From: Epiperipatus broadwayi
Taxonomy: Eukaryota > Animalia > Onychophora
Direction of reading: 5' to 3'
DNA: 64,000 nt
Assembly (NCBI GenBank): GCA_028023455.1
Contig: JAQFVV010000006.1
Span: forward strand, 310,001 to 374,000
The translations under genes and the position numbers were made by a program. This document shows, piece by piece, positions 25,748-38,300 of this stretch (positions within the stretch are counted from its first letter, which is position 1; every line of letters begins with the position of its first letter). Below the pieces are notes generated by a model, which was not told the DNA's origin, made no database searches, and was given only the letters and a program-made list of their open reading frames with translations.

Positions 25748-27129
25748 TAGCGCCATCTGTTATAAGGTCAAGTAATTAGTAGATGGTGTAAGAATGGGGA
25801 GCTGTTCTACTTTTATCATGCTGCTGTTATTATTACCGCAAATAAAGTGAAATGAAATGTTATTGGTCAATTGAAATGTAAATCTAACAAATTACTTTAA
25901 ACCGTTATTTATTGAAAGTAAATAACTGACTGAATATTTACCATATTTGTTCAATCTTCCACTATCTATAAATAATTAATAAATTAAACTAGTTGCCAAG
26001 TTGAAGTTTGAACCATCTGTAAACTGGAAGCTTGAAGTGACTATCTTAAATAAATCTGTTGGGATGTTATTCAGTTATCCTTTCAAATAGTTAATTGGTT
26101 TTCAATACCAATCAAGAAATTATGTAGTAACTGAATAATATATTATAAGCACTTGTACTTTAATAATTACATATTAGTTGCTCTTTACTGTATCGTTTGC
26201 ATTATATATTATGTTACATTATTACATATTCTATTAAGCAGTGCCTGTCTTATTCTATATACTATAGTTATTGTAACAAAAGAATTGTAAGGTAGATTAA
26301 TACAGAGGTACATGAAAATTTACATGTGTGTACCTTACAATTACTTAACTGACTATTCAGTTAATTTTGTTTTTTGATTAGTTATTCATGAGATCCTACA
26401 ATTAGAGAACTCATGAAGGTTGACTATAAAACTTTCATTTAATTATTAATCAAACTGAATAGTTGTTTTTGTTTTTTAATTAGCTAAGGTCAATCTAGAA
26501 AACTTAATTATTGAATCCGGCATTATGCTAAACTGTATAAAACATAACAGCATCTTTTATCTGCCGAGTTTTGTAATTCACGAAGTGTATGATTAAATGA
26601 AGAGAAAAATTTTAAAAAGTATGATGTGAAACTTGTAAATTGTTATTCCAAAGATGCATTACTTAATTAATTACTGTCATAGCACTAAGAATATGAACCT
26701 ATTTTACAGAACAAATAAGTCCAAATACGTTACTAAGACAATTTACAAGCAAGAGTCTCGTAGAATCATTTAAACAAATCTGTAAATGAAACAAGCCCAT
26801 TTTTTGTTATACCAATATCAATCTATTTTGTCATTTTTTTAGTGGACAAAAGGTTAGCATTGATATAGCAAAAAATGGTCAATATTTACGGTTTATTTAA
26901 ATGATTCTATGGGAATTTTTTGGGGGGAAATTGTTTTAATAATAATTATTTCACCATTTTCTTTATAAATTTCAAATCTTGGTTTATTATTTTATGATCC
27001 ATTTTTATTTCAGTTTTCCTCCAATGTTTTGACCATATTTTTATGAACCATTTTCTATTTTAGTTTTCGTCCTACCTTTCAACCATATTATATGGTTTTT
27101 CTGAAGGTTTGTGATGATGGTGTTTTAGC

Positions 27130-27595
27130 TGTATTTTTATATTGGACTATTTCCATCATCTAATATGTGTGTTGAATGTCTTTAGAAAAGTTTAATTTTA
27201 ATTAAATATTCCAAATGTATTCAACAACTGTTAGTAATATCACAGCAAACAGGTTAGTATATGCACCAACTGTTAGTAATATCACAGCAAACAGGTTAGT
27301 ATATGTACTAACTGTTAGTAATATCACAGCAAACAGGTTAGTATATGCGCAACATTTCGAGAGGTATTTTTCTCCCCTCTTCTTCAGATGTTGCTGGCCT
27401 GACCAGTGACAGTACTAGCATGGGATTCGAACCTGGGTCCTTAGATTCTCGATTATTGAAATTTAAGGTAACGCTCTAACCAACTGAGCCATCCTGCCAA
27501 AGGCAACAGTATGTAGTAATTTCATATACTTATCTATGAGGTTCCTCCTGATTTCTCCACTTTAGATGATGGAAATAGTCCAATATAAAAATACA
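27130..27595 (-). mobile_element. Composite repeat: tRNA-like head, hammerhead-like motif, AT-rich tail, short terminal inverted duplication
   Basis: A box TGGCTCAGTTGG (27480-27491) and B box GTTCGAATCCC (27422-27432); then CTGAAGA a gagggg..cctctc GAAA (27355-27387). 27130-27163 is repeated inverted at ~27560-27595. Related copies at 39421-39680 and 55195-55300. Confidence 0.8.
27225..27350. repeat. Three tandem 42-bp units inside the composite repeat
   Basis: aactgttagtaatatcacagcaaacaggttagtatatg(c/t) repeated three times; present once in the 39.5-kb copy. Confidence 0.9.
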
Positions 27596-27612
27596 AATAT
27601 TATATGGTCATT

Positions 27613-30600
27613 CAGTGATGATATCTAACCAGTTCGTGCAAACTGGTTGTTAAAATTAATATCCAAAAATAAATTTTATTTATTATTTTCCTAAAAAAGA
27701 GTTGGCTTAACAAATTATTTAATTGTTTCCAACAATAATCTAGAACATTATTTGTATTTTTTTGTTATATCTAACATAACAATGATTCTTTTTAAACAGA
27801 TTGGGTTCAAAATGCTTTCCCCAGAATAATTTGACAGTACGATAGAAAACATATCATTTGATCGCATGCGTATTGCGCTTGGAACGTGTGATATGCACGA
27901 TGATATTTGAATGATTAAAAATTACTCTGCAAGAAATAATTCACAACAGTTTTATTTTAAGTAATTAAATCCATTATTTATCATGTTTCAAATTAGTTTA
28001 TTTAAAAGTATACAAATAAAAAGTGTTATTTTATTAGTGATAAAGGAATCCATATTTAATTTTTACACAACAAGATAAGTAAGAAATTAATTAACTATTA
28101 GTTTACTTACATTTAACAGAGGCATTATTAAAATTAAAAATTAGAAATAAATTTGGCACAAATGTATTTATGTATTACCATAATTTTTTTAAAGAAATTT
28201 ACTCTTGCTGAAATTATTTTACTTTAAAGATAAAATAACTTCATTCAAAAGGACCTATCATTGTGAAAATAAACTGCAACATAAAATCGCTGTGATTTTG
28301 TTTTACCGATGTTTTAAATATTTATTTAACTTTTATTTTTTATTTAAATATTTTATTTCTTCACTTACATATTTATCATACAAGAGTTGTTTTTATTTGA
28401 TTAGTAAATTTAATGGATTACCAGCTGTAGTAAGTTTATAGTACATTATTTTCATTTAGTTTGCTATATCTAATGTAACAGTGTGCCTTTTACTAACGAT
28501 GAGTTCAACATATTTTTTCTAAAATAACTTGAGAAGATGATAAATACAACAATAACTTTGGCTCATCAAATAACATGACTTGTTTTCAAATATTTTTTTT
28601 TTTTTCTTTTTTTAATTTTACTATTTTATTTCAGTTTTATGATTTGTTACCACTCATTTTTATTAAAAGTTAATTAATTAGATGTTTTTTCCTAGGGCGA
28701 ATTTAACATGAGAATATAATAAAAATAAACCCTTCACAAGAAGTGAAACGAAAATGCCAAATAATATCAGATTTCTTCATAACAGACCCAAAAACTGATA
28801 CAGAATCGAAAACGATAGTAAAGGATGATATTTTATCTGTTTCTTCTGATACAACAAAAAATAAAGTTGACGACACAAAAACGCTGTCCAGTTCCAAAAG
28901 TACAAAAGATGCACATAAAATTAATATAGATATTGACCTTCCAGACTGCTGGAATATGAAACAAGCCAGTGAATTCAAAGAAAAATATTGCGGTTTATTT
29001 ATTATTGGAAAATAACTTGGGTGTTATATCTGTACCAAAATTGAGTCAATAAAAGTGAAGGTGCTCATGTGTCAAAAGAATGGAGAAGATGTAATATTGT
29101 TCCAAGTGGAAAAAATAAAATGGTTCAACAAACTTCTCTTCAAAAAAAAAAAGATAAAAAAACAATTTTCAGCAAAAACACACCAGATATGTGCGATGCA
29201 ATTAAAAGTACAAAAAATGCAATTTTCAAATCCGTAGACAAAGCTCATGAAAAGTTTATGAGCTCCACTTGTAAAATTTTCAATATGGTTTACACTTTAG
29301 CAAAATGAAACCGACCATTTTCTGATATTGAACATTTAATTCAGAGTTACAAAAAAAAGAATGGGTTAGATATAGGAGTGGGACTCCATTCTTGATTCAC
29401 GGCTGTCAAAATTGTTGAGCACATTGCAAAATACATTAAAAAGGAAGTGTTTCAAAAATAATAGATCAGAATTTAAAGATATGTGTTATAATTGATGAGG
29501 CATTAACAATATCGTGCAAACCAGTCCTTATCTTTTTTTTTTATTAAGGCTGAAGATACAGATTTTTCACCAACAAGTTTTGTAGATTTAGTGGAATTAC
29601 AAAACCAAGATGCTGAAACCATTTACACTGTTCTACTACAAAGTTTGCATTCAGTAGGATTTGATAATCCATATTTGAAGAATAATTTGATTGGATTTTA
29701 TTCAGATGGAGCAAGTGTGATGCTGGGAAGGCAGTCAGGAGTGAATGTTAAAATAAAAAACCACTATCCCGAGATTATTATTTGGCATTGTTTGAGTCAT
29801 TGCCTTCTGCTTGTGTTGGATGATTCTCAAGGACATAAAGCAAGTGAATCACTTTAAAGCATTTATTGATGAAATATACAAAATCTTTTATCAGTCTAAT
29901 AAAAACCAAATGGCACTGAATAAAATTTCAAACCATTTGGGAATTGAAATTCTAAAAATTGGTAAAGTTTTTGGCCCAAGATGGGCAGCATGCACTCATA
30001 GAACAGCAGTTGCGACATGGCAAGCCTATCCAGCATTCTATGATTTTTTTTCTACTAAAAGAAATTTTCTGGAATGGCTAAACATCTTGCCAACAAATAT
30101 TTTATGAGAGATCTGGCTTTAACATTTGATATACTAGAGGAAATTTCTTTGCTGTCAGCTGCTCTTCAAGGAAGATGTGTAAATATATTGCATGCTAAAC
30201 AATTGATTAAGAGAACAATTAAAGCATTTGAATATCTCAAAGAGAAGGGTTGGTACTTACAAAAAATAATAAATGAAACTATCTCTTCTAAGGAATTCCA
30301 ATATATTAATTTTGTTGAAGACAACAAATATGTGAGTCTTCCCCATCAAAAATTACTGAATGTCAGTGACAACAAATATGACATTAAGATTAATAGATTG
30401 TGATAGCATAAGTAATAATATTCAAGATAGAAATCATAAAATTCATCAATTAGTTCAAATTGTGAACCTGGATGCTTGTAATCTGGAAGAAGCTGTAGTT
30501 CCCTGGAAAGAATTTGAAGAGAAATTACCAGATTTTTACAAAGTATTTCATCATGAGATTTCAGTTAATGATTTCTGTGATTATGTTGAAAATGTTATGA

Positions 30601-31127
30601 GAAATCACCAGAAATATGTTGTACTCAAAGTTCCGCAGAGTCTGAACAAGGGTTTTCTGTGATGAACACAATTTATTCCGATAAAAGAAATAGCCTTGAA
30701 ATGAAAAATGTGGCAAATTTTCTAGTAATAAATTTGATAGGGCTTCCATTAGATCGTTGGGACTGCAGTGACTCAGTTCAAATATGGCTAAGAAATCACA
30801 ACACAGCTGATGATGCTAGAGTCAAAAAGCATCATCAACCTGAAGAGACATGATGCGAATAGAATGTCATTATGGAAATATCTTGCCAAATAAATAAGTT
30901 TTTTCCCAATTACAAAAATGGTTTAATTCTTTTTGATTCCATAAGTGAGATTGTAAAGTACATCATAGTGTGTATGTACACTGCTGCATTTTTTCGTGTA
31001 TGAGGGGAGGGGGTGGCATGCAAAATTTCTGAAAAGCCGCCAAAAATTTTTAGGTATGAAACCAAAAAGTGATTTGCTTCCATGCTTAGAAAGAACCGGT
31101 TCTTGGAAATTTGGGATATCATCACTG
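27613..31127 (+). mobile_element. Full-length decayed hAT transposon (KIAA1586/ZNF862-like transposase)
   Basis: Perfect 13-bp TIRs cagtgatgatatc / gatatcatcactg and identical 8-bp TSD tggtcatt (27605-27612, 31128-31135). Fragmented ORFs 28743-30853 include IDE...LIF (29490), DAETI..., FYSDGASVMLGRQSGV, WHCLSHCLLL, IGKVFGPRWAA. Confidence 0.93.
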
Positions 31128-31330
31128 TGGTCATTGTTGAGGATTATTCCTATAAAATTTATATACACACATATATGTTTACAAAGAATTTCCAAAACAA
31201 CATGATAAAAAAATTTTCTATCACATAAATTACAATTTTTTTAAACTTCTTGCTTATTTTCGTATGTCTACATCCCTTTACATGAAAATTTTTTTTTAAA
31301 ATTTACATTTACTCTTCAATTATTATATTT

Positions 31331-32310
31331 CATCATCTTTTTCAAATATTATCAATCCATTGCAGAATCAAGGTTTCTCCAAGTCCAGTTTCTCCAATCC
31401 CTAACCTTTCTTCTCCACATTACCCCAACACTTCCTTATTCTATTCATCCATTTCACATGTTGTTTCTTTCTAGATCTTGTACAATCTCGTGGAATCCAT
31501 TTTAAGACTTCAACTGTCCATTTACTATTATATGACCGGAAGAACTGAATAATTCTTTCAATGATGTCAGTAACACATGTTTGTTTTCTTACCCATGTGT
31601 TTACTCCTAACATAATCTCTCCATACTTCATTGAGTGGTCTGAAATCTCTATTGGTTCTGCTAAGTGCCCAAGTGTCAGATCCGTAAGTAAGAATTTGTA
31701 ATATACATTTATTAAAAATCTTTTTAAAGATATAGGCATGTTGTCTTTTAATACAAAGTTATTTCTATTAAAAGCACTCCAATTAAGTTTAATTCTATGA
31801 TTTTCTTCCATTATATTTCCATTTGCAGTAATAATCTGACTCGCGTATTTATAGTTGTTACCTTCTTCTAACTCATCATTATCAATCTTTATTATTATTA
31901 CAGAATTACAAGCGTATTGAGGCGCTGGAGAGAGAAGCTATAATAAATACTTATATGAATCGATAAAATACTTGACAGCTGAGCACTTTCGAGGCATTTA
32001 GCCTCATCAGTTAAACATTACATTAGTCTTTTCAGCATTTATCTTTAGTCTTACTTTCTTACTTTCATCTGAGAACTCTTGCAACATTTCCTTAAACTGT
32101 GAAGCATTATTTGCAAAAACAATTACCTCTGCAAAATCTAGATGAATTAAATAATCTCCATTTACTTTTACTTCCTTAGCTTCCCATTTCTTCAGTCATT
32201 GAACTTTTTGATCACAAGTTATAGATCCAGGATATTGTCATATCCTGAAGAATATTTATGAGAGTAAATGTCCAAAACTTTTTACAGCAATTTTTCAAGA
32301 AGTAGTTTGT
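31331..32310 (-). mobile_element. Older RTE LINE copy with 5' inversion and an internal hammerhead-bearing insertion
   Basis: 31331-32189 aligns to the 44.2-45.0 kb RTE on minus; 32190-32310 aligns on plus to the immediately upstream part (SSVIKALDHQGIDPGYCHILKNIY...SPKLFTA..QEV.C); non-RTE insert at ~31895-32020. Confidence 0.82.
31974..32012 (-). ncRNA. Hammerhead-ribozyme-like motif
   Basis: Reverse complement: CTGATGA ggc taaat gcc tc GAAA gtgc TC agctg. Core present; stem I partner not evident. Confidence 0.5.
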
Positions 32311-32436
32311 TAATCATTATAATTACACTTCTATAATTATACGATTTGTAATACTTTCTATTTAAAACTAGTTTTTTCAACTAATTTATTCAAAACTGGG
32401 TTTTCAACCGGTTTTTTTTTTTTTTCATATGTCAAA

Positions 32437-32508
32437 TGCATTGACTGGGAAGCGAACTCGGGCCAGCTACTTGGAAGGCAGCTATGCTAACCACTAGGCC
32501 ATCAACGC
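32437..32508 (-). pseudogene. Retroposed tRNA-Gly(TCC) pseudogene
   Basis: GCGTTGATGGCCTAGTGGTTAGCATAGCTGCCTTCCAAGTAGCTGGCCCGAGTTCGCTTCCCAGTCAATGCA. Acceptor and anticodon stems pair, anticodon TCC; D and T stems are broken and A58 is changed to C. An A-run and direct repeats flank it. Confidence 0.85.
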
Positions 32509-33449
32509 TTGACTTTTCAACCAGGTTTTAGTAGAAAAATATTAGGAATCTGGCATAATTATAGACATTAATTATAATGAAGTGTACCTTGTATAAAAAT
32601 TTAAATTAAAAAAAAATATTTTTAAATGTAAAAGAATGTAGACACATAAAAAGTAAGCAGGATGTAAGTTTAAAAAAATGTATTTGCCATGTTCAGCCAC
32701 CACAAATTCTGCATTTGTAGTAAAGATAGGCAGTCAAGCAGAAATTATTATAACTCGAGAAAACTTTATAACTAAAATTTGACATTCATTGCCAATAAGA
32801 TAGTAATGGAAAAGGCTAAATTAACCGAAATTAATATATACAACTTAATAATTAGGTTACATAGATTAATATTATTATAATATGATGCTTGGCCATAGAG
32901 GCATACAAAAACATAATAAAGCCGGTGTGGTCTGCAAAAAGTCCCTACGTCCACTTTTGAACCTTTTCTGGTGGAATTTACTAGCTCTTTCATAGTCCTT
33001 TGAACACTCAGCATTGTAGTTCCTTCAGATCAACCCAACCAGCTCCATTGATATAAGTGTATGAGTGAAGACCTCGATTCTTCTTACAGATGAGCTTTTA
33101 TCTTTTTTTCAGTCCTATCTGAGACAGCAACATTATAACAATGGAAAGTTCTAGAACAGTAATTACTAGCATTGTTTAGTGTCATTTTGGTTAATCTGCA
33201 TCCTGATTTATTCTTTTAGTTAAATATTTTTTAATACAGGAACGCTTATCAACATATTTTAATTTTAATATTTATGACTTTTTAATTTTTACTTCATAAT
33301 ACTTCAATATTTATTTCAACTTTACCACAATTATTTATTATTTTCCAAATACATTATTTTATTTACATTCAAAATATAGGAGTTTTTTAGATGATAAAAT
33401 ATTTTTTATTATGTTATTTTGGAAATTCTTTGTGAACATATATTTGTAT

Positions 33450-33598
33450 ATATTATATACAGAGCTCGCAAATAAGCTTTTAACAAGCTTTGCAGAATAT
33501 CCCCAACCCCAGACTGGTTTATTTGCGAGCTCTATATATAACATTTGTAATACAAGCTTATTAAATTAGGTCATGTGACATCTGACTTGATTTTTTTG
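33450..33598 (-). repeat. Family E truncated copy with short fold-back
   Basis: agagctcgcaaataa...ttatttgcgagctct hairpin around ccccaaccccagactggttt; 33540-33598 is the reverse complement of 13275-13335. Confidence 0.75.
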
Positions 33599-33839
33599 TA
33601 ATTTGTATATATATATTATAGGAATAATCCTTGACAATGACTATATAATATGGTTGAAATGTTGGAGAAAAACTGAATTAAAAAATGGTTCATAAAATAA
33701 CAAACCAAGTTTTGAAAAGAAAACGTATGTTAACTGATTTTTTAAAAATATATTGTCTTAGCAATGTATTTGAATTGTTCTGTGAAATAGGTTTATGTTT
33801 ATTATACATGCAGAAGATGTTGCCAATATAACAAAAGTG

Positions 33840-34260
33840 TAAAAGAAGGTATAATAATGAAGGCTATTTACTATTACTAGATACAGGGAAAGAATCCAAA
33901 AATGAAGTAAAGATTGGGATTATAGATATTCGTGTGGAGATGGGAAAATATTGAACACTTATTTTTGGAGTTTAGGATTTTGAAAGATGATCAGGATAAA
34001 TTGTATTGGAGTATGGGAGAACTTTAACGATAAAGGAAATGGAAGAAGTCGAGATTTTATGACTTTTTGTTTAGGTCTTTATAATGAATTTGGAAAATAG
34101 GACAGGATAATGGAATTAAAGTAAAACTTTTTTAAAATTGGGATAGGAGGAAAAATTGAAATGAACCAGTGATGGAAATATTTGGATAATAAGGAATTTA
34201 AAGATTTTGAAAAAGGAATATTTAATTTGGATAATAGAATTTCTGGATTTACAACCTATG
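33840..34260 (+). mobile_element. Highly decayed LINE 3' remnant
   Basis: Purine-rich; ggaaaatattgaacacttatttttggag reads ENIEHLFLE, as in the C-terminal knuckle of family B. Weak support. Confidence 0.35.
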
Positions 34261-34428
34261 TACAGTACCTTCCAATTTTATTTGAGGTGAGGACAGTTTT
34301 CACCATACTCTTGTCAAACTTAATTTTGAAATATTTATAAAATTTATTATATTAAAGTATATTACAAAATATTTAGTTTATTCTATAAATTATTATATAA
34401 CTATTCAGCATTATATGTTTGTTAATAG

Positions 34429-34566
34429 GTAATACATTATGAAGAAGAAGAAGTTGATCAACGTAACCCAGAACATGATGTACAGCTTTATAAAGAAACT
34501 TGTCATGATATTTCAAAAATCATGAAAGAAATATTTTTCCTGAAACATTCAGACAGGAAAGATGTT
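34429..34566 (+). CDS. THOC5: THO complex subunit 5, coding exon 2
   Basis: aatag|GTA...GTT|gtgagt, 138 nt: VIHYEEEEVDQRNPEHDVQLYKETCHDISKIMKEIFFLKHSDRKDV; compare human [45 protein letters not shown]. Confidence 0.93.
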
Positions 34567-35326
34567 GTGAGTAAAAAATTGTGATTTATGTTTATGTTAT
34601 GAGGGAAAAAATATGGTTTTAAGTTTTTTTAATAAAATGTTAAATGGTATTAATAACATAATTAATTTTCGATAATTAAGATAAAAAACTTTCTGTAAAA
34701 ATAGTTTCAAAGAGCGTAGTAATAGCATACTCAAGGTTACTATAACTGTCTCTAAAATAGGGAGCTATTTTTATTTTAATTGAAATGGCAGCTCATTATC
34801 AGATATATAGTCGTAGATTTAATTTCTGATGAAGGTACTGGTTTTAATTTTTATTTTTACATAGCACATGTTCTTAGAAGCAGTGATTCATTAAATTTCT
34901 TGTACTTCAGAACGATCTCTACCTACATTCCCAAACTAGTTTTTGCTATGGTCTTCGTTAATGAGGAACTCTTGACGTTTCCTCTGAATCCAGCAGCGAT
35001 CTTTAACATTTTTATACTGTCAAGTTAAAGAAATTAGCTTAAAATTAAAAGAAAAATCATAGCTATAAGATCAGTTACTAAATATTTTTAGAGATCTCAG
35101 TTTTATGCTAGCTATAGGCACTCTTTAGCTTGGATAGGATATATAACAAAATTTCTCGTGATTTTCTCTGCATACATTCAACATATGCTTTTAAGAACCA
35201 TAATTCACTCTTATTACTAGGATCTAGACAAAACTTTTACTCCTTTGCATCTTTCTCAATACTTTATTTATGTCTAATTATTTTGGCTGTCTAATAGTCA
35301 ATCTTTATATAAAGATATTAATAGTT

Positions 35327-35360
35327 CTGAAGAAGACTGCTAGTTAGTCGAAATTATAAT
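35327..35360 (+). ncRNA. Hammerhead-like motif (CUGAAGA type), stem III decayed
   Basis: CTGAAGA a gactgctagttagtc GAAA ttata. Confidence 0.45.
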
Positions 35361-38300
35361 ATAATTTGAATTGAATAAAGCATTGTGAAAAATGCGGAAT
35401 AGAAGTAAAAATTTTGTAGAGATTTATTAATAATTTATTGCTCTTAAAAGCTTAAATTGAAAATATGCGGAGAATGACATTTTATTGATATACTATATAG
35501 TATATACCAACAGTTAGATACAACATTAATGAAAATAATAGATGGTGATGTATTGCACTGCCTATCTACTTGATGGAACTACATTGTTCTTATCATAGAA
35601 TAAAAGAAAAATTAATCAGTAAAAAAATAAAATGTCCGCATTAGTGTATACGAAACAAAATCAAGAAAATAACATATTTTGCAATAAAAATAATTTAGAG
35701 CAAAACTCTCAATACAGTATTGCTTAATGGTTTAAAAATAATTTATTTACCATGCGTTGATCACAAATAAACATATGCCTTAATGAAAATACATAAAAAA
35801 GGTTTGCATTTATTTTTGAATTTATGATATCCGCATTCCTGAATTCACTGTTGCAAGTTTATGTTAAATACAGAAATTAATATATTTTGCAATAAAAATC
35901 TGTATTAAATATAAACAAAAGATAGTCTGTGCACTCAATGTGTATGAAATAAAAGTAAGTAATATTCAATTTTATATTCATCATGAATTCAACTACAAGT
36001 GCAGATATTATAAATTCAAAAATATATGAGAACGTTTGTTATGGATTTGCATTTCTGCAATTCGTTATACATGTATTTTTTTTTTTATTATTATTAAATA
36101 ATTGATATTGGTTTGGAAATTTATTTATTTTTTAATTTTAATTAACATAGTCTTGTAACTGTCAATTCAAGAATAAATATGGGCAATTATTGATGATTAT
36201 TTGTTAGTTTTTTTTTATTCAATAATTGGTGCTATGTAGATCTAAAGCTGGTAGATCATATTCTATATTAGCGCCATTCCATGAATGTTTGTTAAAAAAT
36301 TTTTGACGCACAATTTTATGATGAAATTATGATCGTATATTTATATCAGCATTTTTTTTAATTGAATGGGTTTGTGAAATATTTTCATTATTGTCAACTC
36401 AAGAATGCGACAATATTGCTAGATAATTTTTTACTTGGCCATGTAATCGTTTCCGATTAAAGTTCTTTAGCAGGAAGCTTAGATTTTTTCTTCCAGATAA
36501 CCTGGTTATAGGTAATCCAGTTATCATCAGAAACCATAGTCACTTATCTTTAGTTATAGGAAGTCTTTTCCCCTTCTCTTCTGTTTTGTCTAATTCCTTC
36601 CCAGAAATGCTGAGAAAATACAAATTATTTTCTCATCATTCTTCAATATCATCTGTTCATATTCTATTAAATCTTCCATTTTTATTTATATTTAGAATAG
36701 TGTTAAAATTTAGGTGTTTTAGTTTCCAATCATTATTCATCCTATAACCTTATATGGTTTGCATAATAGTAAAATAGAAGACTGGAGTTCCAAGTCCATG
36801 GATCGTGACCCAACTTTGTTACTTTCAGTATTTGAAGTTCTTATATACTCTGAATAATTAACGATTATTTATTCATTATTTTACCGTGGCTTTCTTTTTA
36901 TAATATTCTTCAACAATTTTTCCTTCTTATTCACTTTTTGTACAAATTTTTATCAGAATAGTTATACATCTTTTCCAGTTCTTAACAACTTTCTACTGTC
37001 AAGATGCTACTCAGCAATGCTATACAGTGTTGGTAGGTAAATGTTTAGTTATTATTAGCTAGAGAGTAAAGTTACAATTTGATACAAGTGATAATCTGAC
37101 TGTAAAAAGGAAAAAAAATGTGATAGTAATATAATGAGAATTTTGTGTATTTAAAATATAAATGTGGCTTACGATGCCTCGACCAAAAGTCAGAGAAGTG
37201 ATTTTCTCTAATATTCATTTAAAAAATTATACAACTATTGAATTATTTTTAATTAAGAATGTATTAATCATTTATTATGCTCACCTACCACTATTTTTGT
37301 TCAAAAGATCAAATATGGCTGAAGACAATTTATATCTGGGTTTATTAAAATATAAACTTGCTGAAATAATTTGGCAAACACAGGACATTGAAATTGTTAA
37401 AAGATTAATTTAAACAATGTATGACTAGATCTTCTGCCTCGATAAAGAGCAGAAACTGGTCATGGAAGTTTGGCTGCTTATAGTATCAAGTGTCTACTCA
37501 TTTTCCAGAATGGTGATAGAGATGTAACTTACTTGCTGTTAGGCACACTATTAGACTAAGGAGTTAAGAGGCAAAGAATTTTCTGGATTCAGTCGGTAGT
37601 TGAACTAAATAAAAAAAATCTCAACTGATCATAACTGAAAGGTGTCGAGCTTACACTCAGGTCCTTGAACATCACCTTTCTTCTGAGCAGTTAGCTATAC
37701 AATTATGCACACTTTATAAGTTCTGCAGCCATAGATAATTTGTCTTTTTTTACTAGTCTCGACTGTTAAAATCAGATAGTTTGCATCTTTACTATGTAAA
37801 ACTTATCACACGAATTGGTCCAAAAGCCTTTAATTTTACCATTGTACTAAACAATAAAAAAGGCAGTATAGAAAGTTAGATCATTATTGCCATTTTATCT
37901 AACTCCAGAAGATCGTTACGGATTTGATATTACATGCTGCAAGCCTTCCATGAATAATTTCTGACCTCCATTAAGCAGAATATTCATTTTTTTAAAGTAT
38001 CTGTTTCATCCAATGACTGTTTAATCGCATGCTATTTAAGTTAACTCCCAGACTGTTTTATTAGCCAAAGTTTATCAAAATACTTCAGCAAGCAGATATC
38101 GTATTGTTTTCAAATATAAGCTCCCTCATAATTCTTTTTGTTCTTTTGGCAAAAGCTGTGATATTTAAATTTCGTACATCATAATAATACAATTCTTTAA
38201 TAAATTCATAATTAAAAATAAGTTTATTGTTGATTTTTTTGTAATGTTTTTTTAATGAATATTGTAGAATGTCAGAAAAGTTATTTAATCTTTCTGGAAT

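Noticed and set aside
27215-27409. ORF with a 14-aa repeat (TVSNITANRLVY) or a CRISPR-like array
   Set aside because: It is a 42-bp tandem duplication without spacers inside a repeat element, in a eukaryotic intron.
32437-32508. Functional tRNA-Gly(TCC) gene
   Set aside because: D and T stems are mispaired, the T-loop A58 is mutated, and an A-tail and direct repeats indicate a retrocopy.
37425-37465. Hairpin ending GAAA ctg GTC atgg as a hammerhead
   Set aside because: No CUGANGA 5' core; left out of the counts.
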